Shown here: positions 49,382 to 57,645 of the stretch, piece after piece | Numbering within the stretch: the stretch's first letter is position 1 | How the letters are laid out: every line of letters starts with the position of its first letter | DNA from: an uncultured Verrucomicrobiae bacterium | Lineage (GTDB): Bacteria; Verrucomicrobiota; Verrucomicrobiia; Limisphaerales; UBA11358 | Length of the DNA: 64,000 nucleotides | NCBI GenBank assembly: GCA_963786375.1 | Contig: CAWAYP010000003.1 | Coordinates: 241,215-305,214, forward strand | Reading direction: 5' to 3' | Position numbers and translations under genes: made by a program | Notes under the pieces: model-generated | Database searches by the model: none | The model's input: the letters and a program-made list of their open reading frames with translations, nothing else | What the model was told of the DNA's origin: nothing

Positions 49382-49502
49382 AAAGCGGAGAGTCACGGAA
49401 CTATTCGCCACTACTTGTCAGAACTCGCTGAAACTTTGCCACTGCTCGCGTTCACTCACGCGGTGAGAGCGGGACTGGTTACTCGATTCGAGCAAACCAG
49501 TT

Positions 49503-50504
49503 ATGAAAACTAAATACACAATGTTCCGGCGCGGGGGCGTGTTCTACGCCCAAGACAGCGCGACCGGCAAGCAGACCAGCCTTCGCACCAAAGACGAAAC
49601 CGAGGCCAAGAGCCTCCTAAACGCACGGAACGAGGCACAGCGCCAGCCGGTGTTAAACTTGCACCTTGCCCGCGCCTACCTCACGGCCAGCGACCCCGCC
49701 TTTGTGGAACGCACATGGCAGACCGTCATGGAGCAGTTGCAATCACGCGGCAAGGACAGCAGCCGCGAGCGTTACGCGACCGTCTTCAAATCATCCTGCT
49801 TTGACGCCTTGCGTCACAAGAAATTGCTGGAAACGACCGCCGATGACTTTTTCGGGGTATTCAAACAGGGCAAAGTGTCCATCGTCTATTTCCTGAAACG
49901 GCTGCATAACTTCGCCTTGAGCTTGGGCTGGATCGCCATCCCGATAGTTGCGCCCTACCTTTGGCCCAAATACGAGGCCAAGTCCCGGCGCGGCATCACC
50001 CGCGACGAGCAGGAAAGCGTCTTGGCGATTGAGAAGAAAGCCGAGTGGAAACTGTTTCTGGAATTGCTATGGGAAACCGGCGCGGCGCAAGGTGACGCCG
50101 CCGCCATGACCGCCGAGGACGTTGACTGGCAGACCCGCACCATCACCTATTTTCGTATGAAAACCGGCTCGCGGGCGCAGTTCACCATCAGCAAGGCACT
50201 GGAAAAGGTGTTACAGCAGTTGCCGACCACCGGCGCATTGTTTCCGAACCTGTCCCAATTCACAGCCAACGACCGGGCAAGCCGGTTTCGCCGCCGTTGC
50301 GAACGGGCGGGCGTCTCTGGCGTGACGCTCCACAGCTACCGCTACGCATGGGCGGAAAGGGCAAAGGTTGTCGGGATGCCGGAACGGTTTGCCCAGGCTG
50401 CGCTTGGGCATAACAGCAAGGCGATTCACCGCGCCTACGCCAAGAAAGCGGAAATCATCGTGCCGTCCCTTGAGGACTACGAGAAAAAGTTGGTAGCGGC
50501 TTGA
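49503..50504 (+). CDS. tyrosine recombinase/integrase with atypical box I
   Basis: N-terminal beta-sheet arm-binding-like region (MFRRGGVFY..SLRTKD..EA), RMKTG, LHSYR (HxxR), LGHNS, RAY. Box I reads ETGAAQGD with no Arg. Confidence 0.9.
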   Translation: MKTKYTMFRRGGVFYAQDSATGKQTSLRTKDETEAKSLLNARNEAQRQPVLNLHLARAYLTASDPAFVERTWQTVMEQLQSRGKDSSRERYATVFKSSCFDALRHKKLLETTADDFFGVFKQGKVSIVYFLKRLHNFALSLGWIAIPIVAPYLWPKYEAKSRRGITRDEQESVLAIEKKAEWKLFLELLWETGAAQGDAAAMTAEDVDWQTRTITYFRMKTGSRAQFTISKALEKVLQQLPTTGALFPNLSQFTANDRASRFRRRCERAGVSGVTLHSYRYAWAERAKVVGMPERFAQAALGHNSKAIHRAYAKKAEIIVPSLEDYEKKLVAA

Positions 50505-50507
50505 GCC

Positions 50508-50608
50508 AAGCCGAAACAAAAAGGCGGTTGAGTCCATGACTCAACCGCGTTTCTGGTTTGGGGACTTGCGCCATCCCCAAGCCCCGCGCCAGAGGCATTA
50601 GCCTCTGG
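50508..50608. other. three consecutive strong hairpins after the integrase (terminator or structured RNA/DNA)
   Basis: GCGGTTGAGTC/GACTCAACCGC (50524-50548), GGTTTGGGGA/TCCCCAAGCC (50555-50583), CCAGAGGC/GCCTCTGG (50589-50608). Confidence 0.6.
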
Positions 50609-50629
50609 ACTCCATTTTGTAGGGAAGAA

Positions 50630-51370
50630 GTGGCGGCTACGGTGTTGGTTGAAGTGTTGATCACCGAAACGGTGTCTGTGCCGTTATTTGCAATGTAGGC
50701 TTTGGTGCCATCCGGCGTGATGCCGACACCGAAGGGACCACTGCCGACAGTGACGGTGGTAGAAACGGTATTCGTTGAGGTGTTAATCACCGAGACGGTG
50801 CCAGCCCCGTTATTTGCGACGTAAGCTTTGGTGCCGTCGGGAGTGATGGCGACACCAAAAGGATCGCTGCCAACGGTGACGGTTGTGGAAACGGTGTTTG
50901 TCGAGGTGTTGATTACTGAAACCGTGCCGCTGCCACTATTTGCGACGTAAGCTTTGGTGCCGTCGGGAGTGATGGCGACACCAAGAGGATTGGTGCCAAC
51001 GGTGACCGTGGCCGCGATGGCACGGGTCGAAGTGTTGATCACCGAAACAGAGTTCGAGCCGTAATTTGCAACGTAGGCCATTGTGCCGTCAGGCGTGAGG
51101 GCCACGCCAATCGGTTCGGTGCCAACATTAACGGTTGCAATGACGGCCCTGATGTTCGTGTCAATCAGCGACACATTATTGCTGCTGAAATCTGTGATGT
51201 AGGCGATGGGACGATACAATGCCGGTATATTTATAAACAGTCCTTGCGCCGCAGGCCAAGAACCGACGGTGATGGTGTCTGTGACAGTGTGGCTTGCAAC
51301 GTCTATGACCGACACAGTGCCGTCGTCATTGTTTGCCACATAAGCTGTCGAGCCATTCGGAGTGAAGGAC
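50630..51370 (-). pseudogene. internal fragment of a YVTN beta-propeller repeat protein
   Basis: 42-aa repeats of P.GVAITPDGTKAYVAN.G..TVSVI.T.TN.V. It begins and ends mid-repeat and has no signal peptide. A 48-bp identical DNA repeat sits at 50811 and 50937. Confidence 0.8.
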
Positions 51371-52201
51371 AAGCGCACCAGCAAGGGACAATCCGATGCC
51401 TACGGCTGGATGGGGCCGCCGGTCTCAAAAACAACTGCGCTAGATACAGCCGCCGCCTTGCGTGACCGCATTACCAAGCATCCGCGTGTCATGGTCATCA
51501 ATGATGAAGCCCACCATGTATGGGACCCGGATTCAGCATGGAACGAAGCCATCCGGTTCATCCACGAAACGAGCCGTCAGCGCGGTGGTTCCGGGCTTGT
51601 TGCTCACCTCGATTTCAGCGCTACACCAAAGGATAATAAAGGACAGACGTTCAGGCATATAGTTTGCGACACCCCACTTGGTGAAGCTGTGGACGGCGGC
51701 ATTGTTAAAACCCCTGTCATTGGCAGGGCAGTCGTCGAAAAGTTTGCCAAATCAAGTCCGCGTATTGAAATTCTGCGAGGTCTTTTGCAATATCGGGCTG
51801 AATTGCGCAGCAGAGGTGTTTCCAGTGGTTTTCAATGGCTCGACGGTAGCTTTATGGAGAACAAGGAAATTTTGCTTTCGGAGGCCCCAAAAGACGTGGA
51901 TGTCGTAACGTTTTTTCACCTGCCGAATGGTTTGGATGAAGCAGCTTTCTCACCAAAAGTTGCAGATTTGTTTGACGTTACGAACACAAAAAAACTTTAT
52001 CACGTTGACGCGTATCCTTGTGTGTTAGGAAAATCAATGGAAGAAACTAATGTAACGACGATCTCATATTGGTATAGCATGTGGTCACACCGGCGGAATG
52101 GTCTCTGGAAGGGTTTTGTGCAGGTGGACATTTCCGAAGACGAGGACAATATTGCTGTAGCGCTCATTGCTCAAGTTGAACAGGAGCTTGCAAAACAATG
52201 A
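51362..52201 (+). CDS. chimeric ORF: type III restriction Res helicase fragment fused in frame to an N-truncated DUF6932-like nucleotidyltransferase
   Basis: The first ~120 aa carry NDEAHH, DFSATP and LGEAVDGGIVKTP (no Walker A). The remainder has WLDGSF..P.DVDVV..VDAY..WS..R.G.WKGFV, and the base composition shifts at ~51730. Confidence 0.7.
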   Translation: MKDKRTSKGQSDAYGWMGPPVSKTTALDTAAALRDRITKHPRVMVINDEAHHVWDPDSAWNEAIRFIHETSRQRGGSGLVAHLDFSATPKDNKGQTFRHIVCDTPLGEAVDGGIVKTPVIGRAVVEKFAKSSPRIEILRGLLQYRAELRSRGVSSGFQWLDGSFMENKEILLSEAPKDVDVVTFFHLPNGLDEAAFSPKVADLFDVTNTKKLYHVDAYPCVLGKSMEETNVTTISYWYSMWSHRRNGLWKGFVQVDISEDEDNIAVALIAQVEQELAKQ

Positions 52202-53154
52202 ACCACGACGATTACATATCTTTTGCCTCTGAAATTAAGGAATTGGAAGACCTTTTGGCCCGAATTCCAAAGGAAAATGTGATCAGCCGAATGGGCCTTG
52301 AGTCGCGCCTGAAGGCCGCTCAAGAAGCCATAGCAGGATACAATCCCCTACAGTTGCCGAAAAAGGCTCGATTAACTTTCAGGGGAAGACCCGTTGTTGG
52401 TTCTCATGGTGCATCTGCTGAATTTGCAGCGAGGGCTTCCGGGTTTTTTACTGACGCTTTTTCGGCTGTTGTCGCAGGAATTTCAGAAAACCTTCGTTAC
52501 ATGGGGCCGATTCCTGATAAAGAAAAAAATCAATTGCTGATAACAGGCACCGCTATTGGTTCTTTTGGATTCGAGTTCGAGCTTCCCCGACTTCAACCTG
52601 AGAACGCAAACGGCCAAGACGATTTGTTTCCCGAAGCAAATAAACCGGAAAACCGGCCAGAGGTTGCTATGGAGAAATTGGAAAAGCTTTTTCAAGTCGC
52701 AGCGGAAGGAACCGACGATGACATTGCCGAGTTGCTTGACGAGATTCATCCTCGCGCAGTCATAAAGGCTTCCGAGTTCTTGGATTATCTCTCAGAGCAG
52801 GACGCTTGGTGTGGTGTCGAGTTTAAGGAAACGGTTTTTCGTTTTGGCGGGGTCGAGCAAGTCCGCGAATCTGCCGCTCGCCTCAAATCAAATAACATCA
52901 AGGAGTCAGAAGAAACTTATCGTGGAGAATTCCAAGGCGTATTGCCAAAAGGCAGAACCTTTGAGTTTAAGGTTCTTGACCAAGATCAAATTTTGCGTGG
53001 CAAAGTAGGAGCAGAAATCGAAGATGCCGACGTTTTGAATGGGATTTTGCATAAGCACGTAACGGTGAAATTTCATGTGATGCAGGTGGGCCAAGGACGC
53101 CCTAGGTTTACTTTGCAAGTCATGGCCGACGTAGCCGAGGAACCCGCCTCGTAA
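52198..53154 (+). CDS. hypothetical protein coupled to the DUF6932-like gene
   Basis: 318-aa acidic ORF with ATGA overlap and AT-rich codons. It has an N-terminal coiled coil, a GSFGFEF motif and a beta-rich C-terminus (G.F.GVLP..RTFEF). Confidence 0.8.
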   Translation: MNHDDYISFASEIKELEDLLARIPKENVISRMGLESRLKAAQEAIAGYNPLQLPKKARLTFRGRPVVGSHGASAEFAARASGFFTDAFSAVVAGISENLRYMGPIPDKEKNQLLITGTAIGSFGFEFELPRLQPENANGQDDLFPEANKPENRPEVAMEKLEKLFQVAAEGTDDDIAELLDEIHPRAVIKASEFLDYLSEQDAWCGVEFKETVFRFGGVEQVRESAARLKSNNIKESEETYRGEFQGVLPKGRTFEFKVLDQDQILRGKVGAEIEDADVLNGILHKHVTVKFHVMQVGQGRPRFTLQVMADVAEEPAS

Positions 53155-53490
53155 GGGGCGGCGTCAGACTGCGATTTTGGCTACGGCTACGTGCGCGAGC
53201 GAGACTGTGCCTTCGCTGGCAATTCGCAGACTGCCGCCGGGGAGGAAGCCTGACTCCGCCAATCCTGCCGTTTCCACTCCGCTCCATTGCCGCGCCGCCA
53301 ACGATCCGCTCCGCTGGCTCGCGCTTTCATTCCGCTGCATTCCACCTCTGGAATTATCGGAGACAGGCCGGAGGATGCGCCACTGTCATGCCTGATGCGT
53401 TCGCAATCAGTCCCGCCAGTCTCGCCCGCTGACGCGGATATGGTTTGAAGAAATCCTTGCCGTTTTCAGGTCTTTTTCCGCTGCGCTCCT

Positions 53491-53634
53491 TTCTGCTTGT
53501 TTCGCTCTGTCGCCCTCACCAGTCCGTTCCACAGGGGGCCGGGCGCGGTGCCCTCTAAAGACTACTCCCGCTGGCCGCCCTGCTTCGCGGCCTTTTACGG
53601 TTGAAGGGCGACAGACCGAAACCGAACAGCAGAA
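53491..53634. promoter_or_regulatory. long imperfect hairpin, Frpo/ssi-like single-strand promoter candidate
   Basis: TTCTGCT/AGCAGAA, GTTTCG/CGAAAC and TCTGTCGCCCT/AGGGCGACAGA are nested stems ending 15 nt before ATG 53650. Confidence 0.5.
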
Positions 53635-53649
53635 CACAAAAAAAAGACC

Positions 53650-54030
53650 ATGAAAACTAAATCACAAAATCAAAAATCGGGACTCAAGAGCCGACCCGAA
53701 CAGCTTAACACAAAACAGTTGCCGAAGATTGACTTGGCATTGCGCCGCGCGAATCGCGCTTTGAAAACGGAAAACTTGCTGGCGTTGCTCCGCAGCAAGA
53801 CGCCGAACTTCTTTGAGATTGCCGAGGTTGTCGGCAAGTGGGTTTGGATTCAGTTTGACGGGAAGCAGCCCTTCACCGTCACCAGTGTTTTGTCAGAGCT
53901 TGGCTTCCATTGGAACAACACCCGCCAAGCGTGGCAGCATCCTTGCGGCACGATTGCCGACAAGCGGGCGGACTACGACCCGCGCAAGCGTTACGGCAGT
54001 TACTTCGCCGCCGACCGGATTGCAGCCTGA
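53650..54030 (+). CDS. small hypothetical mobile-element protein
   Basis: 126 aa with EVVGKWVWIQF...LSELGFHWNNTRQAWQHPCG...YDPRKRYGS; its stop abuts the right arm repeat. Confidence 0.75.
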   Translation: MKTKSQNQKSGLKSRPEQLNTKQLPKIDLALRRANRALKTENLLALLRSKTPNFFEIAEVVGKWVWIQFDGKQPFTVTSVLSELGFHWNNTRQAWQHPCGTIADKRADYDPRKRYGSYFAADRIAA

Positions 54031-54050
54031 CTGTCAGTGAAACTGTCAGT
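54030..54050 (+). repeat. arm-type integrase binding repeat, right
   Basis: ACTGTCAGTGAAACTGTCAGT. Confidence 0.75.
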
Positions 54051-54156
54051 GAAAGGGATGAAAAGTAGTGAAAAATTCTGGCGAGTAGTGACGAATTTAA
54101 CTTTAATTTACAATGCTTTTTGCTATTTTATGAGTGTTCTGAATCGGGTTTACAGA

Positions 54157-54172
54157 CCGTGCCCATCTGTGG
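54157..54172 (+). repeat. attR core
   Basis: CCGTGCCCATCTGTGG followed by TT, which restores pairing with AACCAC at 49192. Confidence 0.85.
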
Positions 54173-54186
54173 TTAATTAAATTTTC

Positions 54187-54456
54187 ATGCCAAAAGCGGA
54201 AATCAGCTGGAAGCGGGTCACCGACGACGGCGTCAAGCTGCAGGTTTATGCGCGACGTGCCGGTCGGGAGTGGATTTTCTTCCAGCGCGAAAAACGCTAC
54301 GACCAGTGGCAGCCGGTGGCCGAGCCGCCGTTGGAAGACTGGCTGGAATTATTGGACGCCGTGCGCCGCTTCATCCCGCGCCGCCGTTACCAGCCGGATG
54401 ATGAGGAACATCTGCGCCGGCGGATCCGCGAACGGTTTCCCGAAACGGGAATTTGA
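54187..54456 (+). CDS. conserved-looking hypothetical protein
   Basis: 89 aa with host-like codon usage and W..LLD...RR motifs; it would follow ispF in the empty site. Confidence 0.7.
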   Translation: MPKAEISWKRVTDDGVKLQVYARRAGREWIFFQREKRYDQWQPVAEPPLEDWLELLDAVRRFIPRRRYQPDDEEHLRRRIRERFPETGI

Positions 54457-54795
54457 TCGTGCCCATCGTGTCCTGGAGTCCGTGTCCCGAAATCAGTGCG
54501 TGCAATCCAAAATCAGCCGGACCAGGGACACCATCCCAATGATTAAACCAATGATAATCACTATGCCCAACGCATCGGATCCGGCTTTCTGCCGGTGATT
54601 GGTGGGAATAATCGTGTTTAACAAATGATAAACAACACTTCGATTCGTCTTTGTTACGTCAAACTTCACGCCGCTCTTCAAGCACGAATCAGGCCAGCTC
54701 CTGAAAGGCAAACGGGAACGTTACCGAAGCCTTGCGGCGGTTGAGAGTTGATTTTGCCGCTGACAATCCACCGGGGCGTCTTTACATTGCGCGGG

Positions 54796-55566
54796 ATGGC
54801 TGGAATGCCCCTGATTCTTGTCTCGCCCAGCATTGAAAAATGCGGGGTCGAGTTCCATGATCTCTCCGTCAGCCTTTCGGTGAAATACGAAAACGCCGTG
54901 CTTCAGGCCGGCGGCATTCCGGTCACGACGCCGACGACGTTGGACCGCGGGACACTCGCCGAAATGGTGCGGCGCGTGAATGGCGTTTTGCTGACCGGCG
55001 GCGACGACATCAATCCCGACCTTTACACCCAAAACCTGCCGCGCGCGGTCCGCAAAACCGTGGGCGAGACGCCGGACGGCGGCGGACGCGACCTGCGGGA
55101 GTTGCTGTTGATTGGCGAAACGTTCCGCCAGCGCAAGCCGTTGCTGGCCATTTGCCGCGGGCATCAATTGTTGAATATCGCGCTCGGCGGCGGACTGATC
55201 GCCGACATCCGCCGGCAGGTGCCGGGCGCGCTCAACCATCAGCGTCTGGACAAGGCCAACGAATTAGTGCATGAAGTAACGTTGACAACCGGTTCGCTGC
55301 TAGCCAGAATCGTGAGCCAGCGGGTTTTGGGCGTCAATAGTTCGCACCACCAGGCCGTCTTGCAACCGGCGGAACCGCTGATGGCCGTGGCGCGAGCGCG
55401 TGATGGAATTGTGGAAGCAATGGAATTAAAATCAGATGCGTCGCGGCGGATGCCGTTTCTGTTGAGCGTGCAATTCCACCCCGAACGGCTGGCGGAACGG
55501 CACGCCGGACATCGGGCGATATTTTCGCGGTTTGTCCGGGCGTGTGCGCAAAAATCCAAAACATGA
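54796..55566 (+). CDS. peptidase C26 / gamma-glutamyl-GABA hydrolase-family glutamine amidotransferase
   Basis: LLTGGDDINP..Y, LAICRGHQLLN, VNSSHHQ, VQFHPE. Confidence 0.88.
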   Translation: MAGMPLILVSPSIEKCGVEFHDLSVSLSVKYENAVLQAGGIPVTTPTTLDRGTLAEMVRRVNGVLLTGGDDINPDLYTQNLPRAVRKTVGETPDGGGRDLRELLLIGETFRQRKPLLAICRGHQLLNIALGGGLIADIRRQVPGALNHQRLDKANELVHEVTLTTGSLLARIVSQRVLGVNSSHHQAVLQPAEPLMAVARARDGIVEAMELKSDASRRMPFLLSVQFHPERLAERHAGHRAIFSRFVRACAQKSKT

Positions 55567-56909
55567 AATCAAAAGTTCTTATCGTGGATGACCAGGCCGA
55601 TGTGCGGGAGCTGCTCCGCTCGGTGCTGGAAGAAAACTACGACGTGGCCCAGGCCGCCAGCGGGGCCGCCTTGCAAAAATGTTTTCCCCAGGATCCCCCG
55701 GACGTCGTGTTGCTGGATGTGAAATTGCCGGACGCAGACGGACTGGACCTCCTGCCGCAGGTTAAAAAGCGCTGGCCCGAAACGGAAGTCATTGTGCTCA
55801 CCGGTCACGGGACCATCACGATGGCCGTCGAGGCCGGGCGTCGGGGCGCGTATAACTTCCTGTCGAAGCCGTTCGAAAACGAAAAATTGCTGGCCGACGT
55901 GAAATGCGCCATTGAGCGCAAGGAACAAAGCGTGGAAAACAGCATGCTGCGCCGCGCCCTCGAAACCATGAGCGGCGTGGCTTCGCCCATTTACCACAGC
56001 TCGCTCATGCGCGAAGTCGTCCGCACCGCCGAACGCATCGCCCCCAGCGACGTGACCGTCCTCATCACCGGCGAAAGCGGGTCGGGCAAGGAAGTCATCG
56101 CCGACCTGATCCACGCGCGCAGCACCCGCAGCAAAAGCCGGATCATCAAAATCAATTGCGCCGCGCTCCCGCGGGAATTGATTGAAAGCGAATTGTTCGG
56201 CTCGGTCAAAGGCGCGTTCACCGGGGCGCATTCCGACCGCGAAGGCCTTTTCCGCCAGGCCGAGGGCGGCACGCTGTTGCTCGACGAAATTTCCGAGATG
56301 CCAATTGACACCCAAAGCAAGCTGCTGCGCGTGTTGCAGGACCAGGAAGTCCGCCCCGTCGGCGGCAAGACGAGTTACAAAACCAATTGCCGGATCGTCG
56401 CCGCCACCAATCGCATCCCCGAGGACGCCATCAAGGAGGGGAAACTGCGCGAAGACCTCTATTACCGCATCAGCGCGATTTCCATTCATTTGCCGCCGCT
56501 GCGCGAACGGCGCGATGACATCATGCCGCTGGCCAACGCCTTTTTGAAACGGTTCGCCGCGCAGGCCAACCGCGACCTTCGGGGCTTCAGCCTGGAAGCC
56601 ACCGAACGGTTTACCGCCTTCGACTGGCCCGGCAACGTCCGCCAGTTGCAAAATGAGGTCCAGCGCGCCGTGCTGTTGAGCGAAGGCAACCAGGTGGAAG
56701 CCTCCGACCTTTCGATCACCAATGTCAAGGCCGGCCCCGCTGAGGGGGGAAACGATACAAATTTCACTCTTCTGGAAGGTGTCGAGCGCAATGCCATCAT
56801 CCAAATGCTCAAGGAAACCGACGGCAACAAATTGGAGGCCGCCAAGCGCCTCGGCATCGGCCGCCAGACCCTCTACAACAAGATCAAGGCTTACGGCATC
56901 GAAACGTGA
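55563..56909 (+). CDS. sigma-54-dependent NtrC-family response regulator
   Basis: Receiver domain, GESGSGKE, ESELFG..KGAFTGA, WPGNVRQL, Fis-type HTH. Confidence 0.93.
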   Translation: MKSKVLIVDDQADVRELLRSVLEENYDVAQAASGAALQKCFPQDPPDVVLLDVKLPDADGLDLLPQVKKRWPETEVIVLTGHGTITMAVEAGRRGAYNFLSKPFENEKLLADVKCAIERKEQSVENSMLRRALETMSGVASPIYHSSLMREVVRTAERIAPSDVTVLITGESGSGKEVIADLIHARSTRSKSRIIKINCAALPRELIESELFGSVKGAFTGAHSDREGLFRQAEGGTLLLDEISEMPIDTQSKLLRVLQDQEVRPVGGKTSYKTNCRIVAATNRIPEDAIKEGKLREDLYYRISAISIHLPPLRERRDDIMPLANAFLKRFAAQANRDLRGFSLEATERFTAFDWPGNVRQLQNEVQRAVLLSEGNQVEASDLSITNVKAGPAEGGNDTNFTLLEGVERNAIIQMLKETDGNKLEAAKRLGIGRQTLYNKIKAYGIET

Positions 56910-57040
56910 TGTGCGCAGCCTTTGCCGGCGCCTGTTCAATGCTCATTTCTACGCAGAGGACTTGTTGGGCAGAACGTAACGCTGAACAAATTGTTGCGAC
57001 ATGAAAAAGGATAGGCTGCAAAACGCGCCGTCCATTATCT

Positions 57041-57645
57041 GTTAGGCGGCAAGAGCGCGACTACGTTATGAAGAAGTGTTCATATTGCGGTGCTGAGTAT
57101 CCCGATGACGCAGTTATGTGCCCGATTGACCAGACACCGTTTGAGGAAGCTCCCTCAGAAGTAGCGTTCGCCCATCCACCAATCGTGAAGCGTAAGATTC
57201 CTGGTTCACTTGCGGTTGTTTCGTATCTTTTTTTTGCGCAGGGAGCCTTTTTTTTGGTTCCTGCCATTTTGGGTTGCATTGGCCTCATCGCATTGAATTC
57301 CTACTATGGGCATAGCGTAGGGAGTTTGAGTGCCAGCCGTCTTTTTCTAGCCGTTTGCGGGGTACTCTTTGGGATTTTCTGCGTTTTGACCTCCAGAGGC
57401 TTGAGAAGATGTTCGCCCGGATGGCGGACATGTGCGCTGATATTCAGTTGGCTGGGGTTTGCTTGGTCGGTAGTTGGTATCGCATTACTGCTTTTTGCAC
57501 TTCACTCTCCGAGGCGCACGATGGCGCTAGAATATCTGGTTGTGTACGTTGCAGCTTTTATTGTACTTGGGTGGCAGTGTTGGATTCTGACGCGGGCCGA
57601 CATCAAGCAGTTGTTTTATAGCGAGCCATGACGTTGCCGCCTAAT
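57041..57645 (+). mobile_element. lone integron-cassette-like unit
   Basis: Starts at core site GTTAGGC; GCCTAAT inverse core lies just after the stop. The 11-bp terminal inverted repeat is TTAGGCGGCAA/TTGCCGCCTAA. It holds one AT-richer ORF. Confidence 0.55.
57068..57631 (+). CDS. zinc-ribbon + 4-TM membrane protein
   Basis: MKKCSYCG...MCPID N-terminus followed by four hydrophobic segments. Confidence 0.75.
   Translation: MKKCSYCGAEYPDDAVMCPIDQTPFEEAPSEVAFAHPPIVKRKIPGSLAVVSYLFFAQGAFFLVPAILGCIGLIALNSYYGHSVGSLSASRLFLAVCGVLFGIFCVLTSRGLRRCSPGWRTCALIFSWLGFAWSVVGIALLLFALHSPRRTMALEYLVVYVAAFIVLGWQCWILTRADIKQLFYSEP

Larger units (their letters stand above)
49292..54172 (+). mobile_element. 4.9 kb tyrosine-recombinase integrative element inserted in a REP-like repeat
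   Basis: Perfect 16-bp direct repeats CCGTGCCCATCTGTGG at 49292-49307 and 54157-54172, integrase next to the left end, paired sub-terminal repeats, and AT-richer cargo. Confidence 0.88.

Noticed and set aside
50508-50608. Hairpin tract as a guide (bridge-type) RNA for the recombinase
   Set aside because: Only about 5-6 nt (CCATC) match the att core, which is not enough to claim guiding. Kept only as a structured element.
50630-51370. 126-bp periodic repeats as a CRISPR array or DGR template/variable repeat pair
   Set aside because: The period equals 42 codons of YVTN repeats. There are no unique spacers, no cas or reverse transcriptase gene, and no adenine-specific divergence that I can see.
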